Source: Squalus acanthias (taxonomy: Eukaryota). From it: a stretch of 64,000 nt of DNA. A program made the position numbers and the translations under genes. The stretch covers positions 165,046,001-165,110,000 of the forward strand of contig CM059425.1 in assembly GCA_030390025.1 (NCBI GenBank). Reading direction: 5' to 3'. The notes beneath the pieces were generated by a model. It was not told the origin of the DNA. It did not search any database and was given only the letters and a program-made list of their open reading frames with translations. Positions 11,924-23,446 of the stretch are shown one piece after another. How positions within the stretch are numbered: position 1 is the first letter of the stretch; each line of letters starts with the position of its first letter.

Positions 11924-12874
11924 ATGGCAGGAGAGCTCGGCCCCGTGGTATGCTCCTCCTGTGCTATGTGGGAAATCAGGGACCCTTCCGGTGTCCTTGA
12001 CAACCATGTGTGCGGGAAGTGTATCCAGCTACAGCTACTGGCAGACCGCATTACGGCGTTGGAGCTGCGATTGGATGCGTATTGGAGCATTTGCGATGCT
12101 GAGAACCTCGTGGATAGCGCGTTTAGCGAGTTGGTCACACCGCAGGCAAAGGGTGTGCAGGCAGGAAGTAAATGGGTGACCACCAGGCAGAGTAAGAGGT
12201 GCAGGCAGGTAGTGCAGGGGGCCCCTGTGGACATCCCCCTCTCAAACAGATATACCACTTTGGATACTGTTGGGGGGGATGACTTATCAGGGGAAGGCAG
12301 CAGCAGCCAACTTCCTGGCCCCATGGGTGGCTCTGCTGCACAGGCTGGGAGGAAAAAGAGTGGAAGAGCTATAGTGATAGGGGACTCAATTGTAAGGGGA
12401 ATAGATAGGCGTTTCTGCGGCCGCAACCGAGACTCCAGGATGGTGTGTTGCCTCCCTGGTGCAAGGGTCAAGGACGTCTCGGAGCAGCTACAGAACATTT
12501 TGGAGGGGGAGGGCGAACAGCCAGCTGTCGTGGTGCACATAGGCACCAACGATATAGGTAAAAAAGGGGATGAGGTCCTAAAAGCAGAATATAGGGAGTT
12601 AGGAGGTAAATTAAAAAATAGGACCTCAAAGGTAGTAATCTCAGGATTGCTACCAGTGCCACGTGCTAGTCAGAGTAGAAATAGAAGGATATTTCAAATG
12701 AATACGTGGCTAGAGGAATGGTGCAAGGGGGAGGGATTCAAATTCCTGGGACATTGGAACCGGTTCTGGGGGAGGTGGGACCAGTACAAACCGGACGGGC
12801 TGCACCTGGGCAGGGCTGGGACCGCTGTCCTAGGGGGAGTGTTTGGTAGTGCTGTTGGGGAGGGTTTAAACTGA
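11924..12874 (+). CDS. CR1 ORF1p, 316 aa (CxxC..CxxC zinc finger/leucine zipper plus SGNH esterase)
   Basis: Uninterrupted ORF with GDSI, HIGTND and DGLH esterase blocks. Confidence 0.92.
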   Translation: MAGELGPVVCSSCAMWEIRDPSGVLDNHVCGKCIQLQLLADRITALELRLDAYWSICDAENLVDSAFSELVTPQAKGVQAGSKWVTTRQSKRCRQVVQGAPVDIPLSNRYTTLDTVGGDDLSGEGSSSQLPGPMGGSAAQAGRKKSGRAIVIGDSIVRGIDRRFCGRNRDSRMVCCLPGARVKDVSEQLQNILEGEGEQPAVVVHIGTNDIGKKGDEVLKAEYRELGGKLKNRTSKVVISGLLPVPRASQSRNRRIFQMNTWLEEWCKGEGFKFLGHWNRFWGRWDQYKPDGLHLGRAGTAVLGGVFGSAVGEGLN

Positions 12875-14181
12875 AGTGGCAGGGGGTTGGCACCTGAGCA
12901 GGGAGACAGAGGAAAGCGTGTCAGGAAGGGACAGAAGGTATGGAGTAAAAGGTAAAGTGTTAAAAAAGGAAAAAGCAGGAACTAAGTGTCACAAAACATA
13001 TTTGAAAGTTCTTTATCTGAATGCACGTAGCATTCGGAACAAAATGGACGCGTTAACGGCACAAATAACTACGTATGGGTATGATCTTGTGGCCATTACA
13101 GAAACATGGCTGCAGGGTGACAACGACTGAGAACTAAATATGCCAGGGTATTTAACAATCAGGAAGGACAGGCAGGAAGGAAGGGGAGGTGGGGTGGCTA
13201 TGTTAATAAAGGAAGGAATCACTGTAATACAGAGAAATGATATTGGGTCAAAGGATCAGGATAATGAAACAGTTTGGGTGGAGATAAGGAATAATAAGGG
13301 AAAAAACACTAGTGGGAGTAGTATATAGGCCTCCTAATAGTTGCAACTCTGCTGGAAGAAGTATTAATCAGGAAATAGTTGGGGCATGTAATAAGGGAAC
13401 AGCTATAATTATGGGGGATTTTAACTATCATATTAACTGGACAAATCAAATTGGGCAGGGCAGCCTTGAGAAAGAGTTTATTGAGTATATTAGGGATGGA
13501 TTTCTTGAGCAGTATGTAACTGATCCTACAAGGGGGCAAGCAACCTTGGACCTGGTCCTGTGTAATGAGTCAGGATTAATTAATAATGTCCTAGTTAAGG
13601 ATCCCCTTGGAATGAGTGACCATAACATGGTTGAATTCCATATCCAATTAGAGGGTGAGAAGGTTGGTTCTCAAACAAGCGTACTGAGCTTGAATAAAGG
13701 AGACTATGATGGTATGAGAGCGGAATTGATTAAAGTGGACTGAGAAAATAGATTAAAGGGTAAGATGGTACATGAGCAGTGGTGTTCATTTAAGGAGTTA
13801 TTTTACAACTTTCAAAAAAAATATATTCCACTGAGGAAAAAAGGGTGTAAAAGAAATGACAGCCATCCGTGGCTAAGTAAAGAAATTAAGGATAGTATCC
13901 GACTAAAAACAAGGACATATAAGGTAGCCAAACTTAGTGGGAGGATAGAAGATTGGGAAGTCTTCAAAAGACAGCAAAAAGTAACTAAAGGATTGATTAA
14001 GAAAGGGAAGATAGATTATGAAAATAAATGAGCAAAAAATATAAAAACAGATAGCAAGAGTTTCTATAGTTATATAAAAAGAAAAAGGGTGGCTAAGGCA
14101 AACGTAGGTCCCTTAGAGGATGAGACCAGGAAATTAATGGTGGGAAACATGGAGATGGCAAAAATGCTGAACAAATATTTT

Positions 14182-14666
14182 GGGCTGGATTTTGAATGAC
14201 CCATGGAGTCGGGTTTGGAGGCGTGTGGGGGGTTAAATTTGCGGGGTCGGGGGTCCCGACCCCATCCCGACTCCATCCCGCCTCCACGCAATTTAGACAA
14301 AATCAGTCGCGGGTTTCCCGACTCCGTCCCACCTGCAGGAGGCGGGAGAGGCCATTAAAGCCCTTAACAAGCTCTAAATTGGCTCTGTAATGCGATTTTC
14401 AAACGTTTTAGCTAGTTTAACCCTTTTCTGATGTGAAGCACGCCTGGTGTGAAACACTCCAGTGAAACCTGGCGGGAGCGCAAGTGGATAGCTTACTATC
14501 GGCTGCAGGTCCACTATTACAACAGAGATGTGATGAAGGTAGTAGTATTAGGTGGTGTGAAAGTCGCGTCTGATGCTGCTGCATTGAATGTGTTCAGAGA
14601 CTGCATGGCATTTGGTGTGAGAGGACTTTGATGCAAAATCATTCTCTCTCTCTCTCTCTCTCTCTC
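14182..14666. mobile_element. Truncated Harbinger-type MITE in CR1 ORF2
   Basis: Starts GGGCTGGATTTTGAATGACC, nearly identical to 24329. Ends in a (TC)n run with no right TIR. Confidence 0.8.
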
Positions 14667-15615
14667 CGGTAGAGGACACTAAGAATATCCCAACACTGGA
14701 CAAACAGGGGGCTCTAGGGGGGGAGAAGCTAAATACGATTAAAATCACTAAGGAATTGGTACTCAGTAAAATAATGGGACTCAAGGCGGATAAATCCCCT
14801 GGACCTGATGGCTTACATCCTAGGGTATTGAGGGAAGTGGCTGTAGGGATTGTGGATGCTTTGGTAATAATTTTCCAAAAATCCCTGGACTCAGCAAAGG
14901 TCCCGGCAGATTGGAAAACTGATAATGTAACACCCTTATTTAAAAAGGGTAGTAGGCAGAAGGCTGGAAATTATAGACCAGTTAGCCTAACATCTCTGGT
15001 GGGTAAAATTTTGGAGTCTATTATTAAGGAGACAGTAATGGAACATTTAGATAAACATAATTTAATAGGACAAAGTCAGCATGGCTTTATGAAGGGGAAG
15101 TCATGTATGACAAATTTCCTTGAGTTCTTTGCGGACATAACGTATTGGGTGGATAAAGGGGAACCAGTGGACGTAGTGTATTTAGACTTCCAGAAGGCAT
15201 TCGACAAGGTGCCACATAAAAGATTATTGCTCAAGATAAAAAAATCACTGGATTGGGGGTAATATTCTGGCATGGGTGGAGGATTGGTTATCTAACAGGA
15301 AGCAGAGAGTTGGGATAAATGGTTCATTCTCGGACTGGCAACCAGTAGCCAGTGGTGTTCCGCAGGGGTCGGTGCTGGGTCCCCAACTCTTTACAATCTA
15401 TATTAATGATTTGGAGGAGGGGACCGAGTGTAACATATCAAAGTTTGCAGATGATACAAAGATGGGAGGGAAAGTAGAAAGTGAGGAGGACATAAAAAAC
15501 CTACAAGGGGATATAGACAGGCTGGGTGAGTGGGCGGAGATTTGGCAGATGCAATACAATATTGGAAAATGTGAGGTTATGCACTTTGGCAGGAAAAATC
15601 AGAGAGCAAGTTAAT

Positions 15616-16377
15616 GGCCCAGAAATTAAACATCGATGGTTCCCGCGGGGGTAAAGATTCCCCGCGATATCGCACTCCGCGCCTACCTTTTTGTTTGGGG
15701 CCCACACGAACTTTCGTTTCAGGGCCTCTCCCTGTTGCAACCGTGCAGTGCTTGCGTGTCCCAGAGGCGCAATTAGTTCGTGCGAGCTCTGGGATCACGT
15801 GATTCAGTTAGAGCCAATGGCAGCACACCATCTTTCATTCATAGTTTTGACAGCAAGGGCTGTCAAAGCTATGAATACTACAAGCCCCCAAAAGAACAGC
15901 TAAACCTCAATTAAATTTTAAAAAAGCCATCACATTAATAAAATAACTATAGTTAAATAAATTAACCACTTTAAACAAAAAATTAAATTTTTGAAAAAAT
16001 TTAAAATCTTTTTAAAAGTTATAAAAATAAACTTACCTTTCTTTAAAGTCTCTAAAAAAGATAAACCTGTTGAAAAAAATTTAAAATAACACTTAATTAA
16101 CTACTTACCTTGTTAAAAGGGTGTCCTACGCCTGCTTTCTTTATGTGTAAAATCTTCACCACTTACCTGCGCGTTCAAACCTGAAAAAAAATTAAGTGCA
16201 CTGCGTGCACACAACCTGTAGCACGCACGTGGTTCACTTAGGAACCGCCCCCTTTGCAATTCACGAAGTGCCAGTTTCCCGCGCATGCGCAGTGCATGCA
16301 GAAAACCGGCAATTCGGGACCTAATACGCGAGAGTACACAGTGCGTACTCTCGCGTATTAGGTCTAATTTTCGGGCC
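15616..16377. mobile_element. Harbinger-type MITE in CR1 ORF2
   Basis: TIRs GGCCCAGAAATTA / GGCCCGAAAATTA, AAT/ATT flanks, AT-rich centre and a 20-bp-arm hairpin at 16318-16364. The CR1 sequence resumes on both sides. Confidence 0.85.
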
Positions 16378-17454
16378 ATTATCTTAATGGCGAGAAACTG
16401 GAAAGTACTGCAGTACAAAGGGATCTGGGGGTCCTAGTGCAAGAAAATCAAAAAGTTAGTATGCAGGTGCAGCAGGTGATCAAGAAGGCCAACGGAATGT
16501 TGGCTTTTATTGCTAGGGGGATAGATTATAAAAACAGGGAGGTATTGCTGCAGTTATATAAGGTATTGGTGAGACCGCACCTGGAATATTGCATACAGTT
16601 TTGGTGTCCATACTTAAGAAAAGACATACTTGCTCTCAAGGCAGTACAAAAAAGGTTCACTCGGTTAATCCCGGGGATGAGGGGGTGGACATATGAGGAG
16701 AGGTTGAGTAGATTGGGACTCTACTCATTGGAGTTCAGAAGAATGAGAGGCGATCTTATTGAAACATATAAGATTGTGAAGGGGCTTGATCGGGTGGATG
16801 CGGTAAGGATGTTCCCAAGGATGGGTGAAACTAGAACTAGGGGGCATAATCTTAGAATAAGGGGCTGCTCTTTTAAAACTGAGATGAGGAGAAACTTCTT
16901 CACTCAGAGGGTAGTAGGTCTGTGGAATTTGCTGCCCCAGGAAGCTGTGGAAGCTACATCATTAAATAAATTTAAAACAGAAATAGATAGTTTCCTAGAG
17001 GTAAAGGGAATTAGGGGTTACGGTGAGCGGGCAGAAAATTGGACATGAGGCTGAGTTCGGATCGGTCAGGGCCCTGTGGGTGGCGGAGCGGGCCCAGGGG
17101 CTGAGTGGCCGGGTCCTTCTCCTACTTCTTGTGTTCTTTAGATTTGAGGTTAGGATCAGATCAGCCATGATCTTATTGAATGGCGGAGCAGGCACGAGGG
17201 GCCGATTGGCCTACTCCTGCTCCTATTTCTTATGTTCTTATGTAAGTCATGTTTTAAGCCAAATGACAATCAGCAATTATTTACAGACTCCACTTCAATG
17301 GCTTATTTAACTAATAAATCCCATGACACTTATTTGAAGAAGAGCACAGAGTTCTCCTGGTGTCCTAGCCAAGAACCTCCCTTTTTCCAAACGAAAAATA
17401 GATTATCTGGCCATTCATTTATTTGCTGTTGGGGGGGACATTGCTGTGTGAAAT

Positions 17455-18743
17455 TTGACACGGATTTGTTAAGGGAAGGTCGTGTCTGACAAACTTGATT
17501 GAATTTTTTGAGGAGGTAACAAGGAGGGTAGATGAGGGTAGTGTGTTTGATGTAGTGTATATGGACTTTAGCAAGGCTTTTGATAAGGTTCCACATGGCA
17601 GACTGGTCACGAAGTTAAAAGCCCATGGGATCCAGGGCAAAGTGTCAAGTTGGATTCAAAACTGGCTCGGAGACAGGAAGCAGAGGGTAATGGTTGATGG
17701 GTGTTTTTGTGACTGGAAGGCTGTTTCCAGTGGGGTTCTGCAGGGCTCAGTACTAGGTCCCTTGCTTTTTCTGGTATATATCAACGATCTTGACTTGAAT
17801 ATAGGGGGTATGATTAAGAAGTTTACAGATGATACTAAAATCGGCTGTCTGGTTGATACTGAAGAAGGAAGCTGTAGACTGCAGGAAGATATCAATAAAT
17901 TGGTCAGGTGGGCAGAACAGTGGCAAATGGAATTCAATTCGGAGAAGTGTGAGGTAATGCATTTGGGGAGGGCTAACAAGGAAAGGGAATACACATTAAA
18001 TGGTAGGACACTGAGTAGTGTAGAGGAACAAAGGGACCTTGGAGTGCATGTCCACAGATCCCTGAAGGTAGCAGGCCAAGTAGATAAGGTGGTTAAGAAG
18101 GTATACGGAATGCTTGCCTTTATTAGCCGTGGCATAGAATACAAGAGTAGGGGGGTTATGCTTCAACTGTATAAAACACTAGTTAGGCCTCAGCTAGAGT
18201 ACTGCGTGCAGTTCTGGTCACCACATTACAGGAAAGATGTGATTGCACTAGAGAGGGTACAGAGGAGATTTACAAGGATGTTGCCGGGAGTAGAGAATCT
18301 TAGCTATGAGGAAAGACTGGATAGGCTGGGTCTGTTTTCCTTGGAACAGAGGAGGCTGAGGGGAGACCTTATTGAAGTGTATAAAATTATGAGGGGCATA
18401 GATAAAGTGGATAGAAAGGACCTATTTCCCTTAGCAGAGGGGTCAAAAACCAGGGGGCACAGATTTAAAGTAATTGGGGGATGGTTTAGAGGGGATTTGA
18501 GGGGAAATTTCTTCACCCAGAGGGTTGTGGGGGTCTGGAACTCACTGCTTGAAAGGGTGGTAGAGGCAGGAACCCTAACCACATTTAAAAAGTACTTGGA
18601 TGTGCACTTGGGATGCTCTAACCTGCAGGCCTACGGACCAAGAGCAGGGAAGTGGGATTAGGCTGGATAGCTCTTTGTTGGCCGGTGCGGACACGATGGG
18701 CCGAAATGGCCTCCTTCCGTGCTGTAACTTACTATGATTCTAT
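17455..18743 (+). mobile_element. 5'-truncated CR1 LINE with an open 388-aa RT/C-terminal frame (17495-18661)
   Basis: DFSKAFDKVPH, QGSVLGP and FTDD (variant of FADD) motifs, then a CR1 3' tail. Confidence 0.95.
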
Positions 18744-18897
18744 GCAGCATCATTATGAAGTGAGATGGATAGTGCACCCTTGGATGTCTTTCATGGGATA
18801 AATGTTAGTGAAATTATGCACAGGTTTTTAAAATCTTTTTTTCTAACCTTTTAAAATAAATAACTGCTGTATTCAGTGGAATTAGAAAAGAATTATA

Positions 18898-19790
18898 GGG
18901 GTAGAAATTAGGTCGCGCCCCATTTGGGGCGCAAATATCGTCCGGACGCAAATATTAGCGCCTGGCGCTAATTATCGGCACTGACGGGAAACTTCACTTT
19001 TACCGCCCCGGGAGGTGAGTGGAGCGCTAAAGCAGGCGCTGCACACCTCTCTTAAGGCGCAAAGGCCGAGCAGTGAGGCGCTAACTCGGAGCGCTGGCGA
19101 AGCTCATGTAATGTCAGTCAGCAATGGAACACACACACAATGGCACGGGCCAGTTCTTAAAGGGGATGGTTAATCTTGCTTTCCATCCACATCCTGTTCA
19201 TTGCTGCCTTGAATCTCGGCCTGGAGAGACTTGCACATCAAATGTGCTGGAAAGAACAATGGAGAGCACCAGGCAAAGAGCTCAGAGTGCAGCTCCCACG
19301 GTCTCTGCTAAATCGATACAAGGAATGGCAAATCAAAATGAACCTGCAAAGTGCTGCTCAGTACCCAAAACTCCTTCACACAACGTTGAATCTCTCCAGA
19401 AGTCTCTCCCTCTCTCTCTCAGAATGCGTAGTTCAAAAATGCCACCAACAATAAAAGACAGGAAGAGGCCCCCTTTAAATAGCGCCCCCCCCAGCCCCAC
19501 AGCGATTGATAGCGTTCCAGTCTTCTGGTCGTTGGAAGCGCCAGGCGGTAAGGCAGGGGGCGCCACTCAATTTCCGCTCCGGGGCGCCCCAAGGGCGTTG
19601 CACCATGGAATGACGTCACAATCTGCGCGCGCAGGTGGTCGCAGCGGTAAGTTTTAGCGCCGCCGCACAATCTCAAGTTAAGTTCTCGAGCGGCGCAAAC
19701 ATCGCTGCGCCCGGGCGTTAGCGGCTTTGCGCCCCATTAGCGCCCTCTTAAGGCGCTAACGGGTGGCGCAACCAAGTGAATTTTTACCCC
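18898..19790 (+). mobile_element. 893-bp non-autonomous PIF/Harbinger element (MITE)
   Basis: TIRs GGGGTAGAAATT / GGGGTAAAAATT and ATA TSD. The left ~200 bp are nearly identical to the end of the large element at 44472. Confidence 0.9.
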
Positions 19791-20813
19791 ATAGAATCAT
19801 AAAATGGTACAGCATTGAAGCAACAATTTTGGCCCATCGCAGCTGCGTCAGTTTTTTAAAAAGAGCTATCTACTCAGTTTCATTCTTTATATGCCGAATG
19901 TTTCAGTTTGGCTTTTCCACTGGTCAGGATTAAAAATATAAATGTAATGTAATTTTATCTTACTGTGTTTTCAGCAGTCCTTTTTAAAGGTATTGTTGTG
20001 CTAAGATTATTTTCTGCAGAGAATTGTTCACCAGCATTGGTTTAGAAATGTAGCTGACAACTTAGATTCCTCTGCCCAAATCATGCACAAAAAGAGAAAA
20101 AACTGGAGCCCAGACATCCTTGCTTTGTACTAAGTACTTCACCACACAATGCCAAATGTACAGTTCACAGCTCGGTCATTTAAATCCCTTTATTTAGCAC
20201 GTCTAAATCAGCACTCAGCACCTTCCTTGTTCTCTGAAGCTCCAGTTTGCAGCACCAAACATTGCGTGGCTCATTATTCCTTTCAAAGGTCAGGGCCTTG
20301 ACTGCAAGACCGGAACTACTCACTAATTAAGACCCTTGTTTTGGGACTGTATATGTAATTTCAGCAAGCTATCCTGCTGGGATAAATAGCAAGTATGTTC
20401 ATTTTCATAAACATACAATGAAAAGCTTAAGAATCCATGGGGAAGTTTTTTTTTTGATTGACTGATCAAATTCAAAGATACTTTTCTATGATGCAAATAT
20501 AATGGAAGGTGTTTTCCTACATTTTGATGTACTAAACTGTGGAATTTCTTACAACACCTGAGACTATAATGATAAAACTGACTAATATACAGTATTAACT
20601 TTTCTGAATTATTGATAACATGTAAAAGTAAGTATCTGTTAAGTTGAGAATGAAGTACAAACTAGAAAGGGAACAACAACCTATATTTCAAAAGTGCTAT
20701 CATTCCCCGAAAGAGGTTTCGGAGTGCTTTACAAGAACTAACTGTGGACACTGATGAGAAGGGAGAAAGAGGTAAAGGGGTGGGATCAATGAAAGAATAG
20801 AGGAACACAGTGC

Positions 20814-23440
20814 GGGCTAAATTCGATAGCCCCCGAAAACGGGCGCGGGTATCGCGATGCATGATTAGCCCACGCCCGTTGTGTCTGATGCAGGCAGCAT
20901 GCAAACTGCTGCCTGCTAACTTAAATGATTTTAGTGTGCAGCCCAGTGCTAAACACACTGACTGGCTGCATGCCTGAGCAGGATGCCAATTTTGTGACAG
21001 GCTAGCTCCAGTTAAAGTTAGCCTGCACTACTTAAAGCCAGCCCGTACATCTTAAAGGGGAGTTGCATTCTGGCTGGAGCAGGTGCTGGAAGTGGCTGGG
21101 GAAGAGAGTCTGACCTGCAAGAACACTGAATTATGGTGCAACAGGGGAGAGAGCATGCTCCAAGGTTCTCAGATGCTGCACTGAAGGCCTTGGTGGAGGA
21201 GGTGGACAAGAGGAGAGAGCTCCTCTATCCACAGGGGGCCAGGAGGTCCTCCAGACAAACTCTGCGAAGGCAGTGGGAGCAGGTAGCTGTGGTGGTCAAT
21301 GCCCGAGGACCTAGATGCAGTGCCGTAAGAAGTCCACGACCTCACACAAATGGTCAAGGTCAGTGAATTCATCTTCAAATGCCATATCCCACCATCTGCA
21401 CAACCAGCCTCACAAATTCTTCAATGCACTCACCTACCAATAATTTCTATCAACCAGGACTCATACCTAATAGTCATAGCTTTACCTCACCCTCACACAC
21501 TTCGCACCGCTACAAGCTTCACACCCACATCTCACAGTTTGCACACAGTCAGCTATTCAATCATGACAGGCATACCATCCAGACCTAACCGATGGGGGAC
21601 AGGCACGCCTGCATAACCTGACCTCCATGGAGGAGACGGTGCTGGCCATTATTAAGAGGGGCATCGCTGAGCCTATGGCCAGTGGCATGGCTGAAAGAAC
21701 ACACGATGCCTGTATCTGCATACATAATCTTCATTATCACATCCCACTTCCCCCTCATCCCACAATCTCTTCTGATTTACAAGCTGCACATGGTGTAAAC
21801 ATGCACCTCTTGTTTTCTCCCCCTTCCCTCACCACAACCTTAACCTTGTGCCTTTCTTCTTTCAGATAGCCAAGAACTGACACCTGGCCAGGCACGGATA
21901 GAGGAGCACAAAATAGAAAACACCAAGGCACTGATGATGAAGATACAGCACCATCACTCAATTTCACACTCGCTGTCACCAGCTCAGATACTATCACTCC
22001 GCGAAGTTTAAAGGATAGGTTAGAGGTGGGATCTGCATGTGATGAGACACTGGGCATGAGTGGTCTGCAGCCAGGGCAAAGGAAAGGGTAGCGCTGGTGC
22101 CAGCTCCCTGGAGGGCGAAGTCGCACACGAGTTCTGCTGCAGAGGACTCAGATGAGGACTTTGATGGGGCGGCCGACAGAAGAACGCTGATGGGTATGCA
22201 CAATGAAATGATTGGTGTGTTGGCAGGCCTGCCAGAAAGCCTGAGTGCAATGTCAAGGAGCATGGAGGCGTCCAGCACCAACCTTGAACAGGGCTTTGTG
22301 CAAAGCTTGGAGCCCATGATTTCCAGCATGGAAATGATGGGCAACTCCATTAGCGCACTTGTAGACACAACCATGGTTCAGCATCTGATGGCTGATGTCT
22401 CAGCTTCCATTGTAGCTCAAACAGAAGCCACCTAACGTCTATGATAAATTGACCCTTAGTGTTAGGGGGGGATTAAATATGTGGGGTTACGGGGATAGGG
22501 TGGGATATGTGTCGGTGCAGGCTCGATGGGCCGAGATGACCTCTATCTGTACTGTGGGGATTCTGTGTGAGAAAGCAGGGACAGGGTACTGGATTTGGAT
22601 GATCAGCCATGTTCGTATTGAATGGTGGAACAGGCTCGACGGGCCGAATGGCCTACTCCTGCTCCTAGTTTCTATGTCTGAATGCTGCAGTGGAAGCTCA
22701 GACTGAAGTCATGCAAGCTCATCTTGCTTGCCATGCAAGCTCAGATTGCTTTCTTCGTGGCTGCGTTTACCAGTGTCGAAAGGGGCTTGCAGGATGTCAC
22801 AGCAGTCCAGCAATCTGTCATCCAGCAGATTGCTACGATTGCTGAGGCACTGCAGTGGCAGTGGCTCTGTGGAACAAAACCTGCTGTCCTCTCTCAGGAT
22901 GACAGCATTCGTCCTCCCACCATTGCCACTCCGCCAGTGCCCTTGCTGTTGCCTATCAGCCAGCCAGCCCAGACTGCTGCCGCCCATGCCGAGGTGGTGC
23001 AATCCACAGCTGGGCCTTACAGGCCCAGAGCAGCTCGAGGCCATCCTGCAAGGCCATCTGCAGTCTCCCCCACTGAAAGTCTGCAGCCTTCTACCAGCCA
23101 TGCTGCAGCCACTGGGGTAGCACTGTGTAGTTGCACTAGGACAGGCAGAGGCAAACTAAAGACAGGCACTCAGTGAATGCACAAGGGTGATTAGTTGACT
23201 TTGTTACGTAATATTGGATGGATTGATTTATAAAGTTTGATTGGAATGTTTCTTTTGTGGTGGCTTTTATTTCAGCATTATGGCCAAGAGGATGCAGTGA
23301 TGGTCAGTAACAGAGGGAAGGTAAGGTGTGGGACTATTGTTGAATGGGGAATTGGGGTTGTGTTCACTGGTACCACAGTCGGTTGAGTCGATCGCGGGCA
23401 GAAAGGGGCTGTCTGGGTTGCCTCCACCTTTCTGTTTCAT
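20814..23440 (+). mobile_element. Degenerate Harbinger element carrying a Myb/SANT pseudogene (21133-23176)
   Basis: TIR-like GGGCTAAATTCG. Exon 1 MVQQGREHAPRFSDAALKALVEEV with a frameshift; exon 3 from the acceptor at 21865 is split by a SINE/CR1 tail. A transposase 3' tip is cut by CR1. Confidence 0.85.
22440..22678 (+). mobile_element. HE1/V-SINE-like fragment followed by a CR1 3' tail, inserted in Myb exon 3
   Basis: ATAAATTGACCCTTAGTGTTAGGGG..GGCTCGATGGGCCG matches 40965-41135. The family name comes from recall of shark HE1 SINEs. Confidence 0.65.
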
Positions 23441-23446
23441 AAAAAA

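Larger units (their letters stand above)
11500..17243 (+). mobile_element. Full-length CR1 LINE with intact ORF1 and disrupted ORF2 (5' limit approximate)
   Basis: GC-rich 5'UTR with a ~74-bp tandem duplication (~11515-11663), ORF1 11924-12874, ORF2 pieces (YLNARSI, KFADDTK) with stops, frameshifts and two nested MITEs, and a (TTCTTATG)n tail. Confidence 0.96.
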
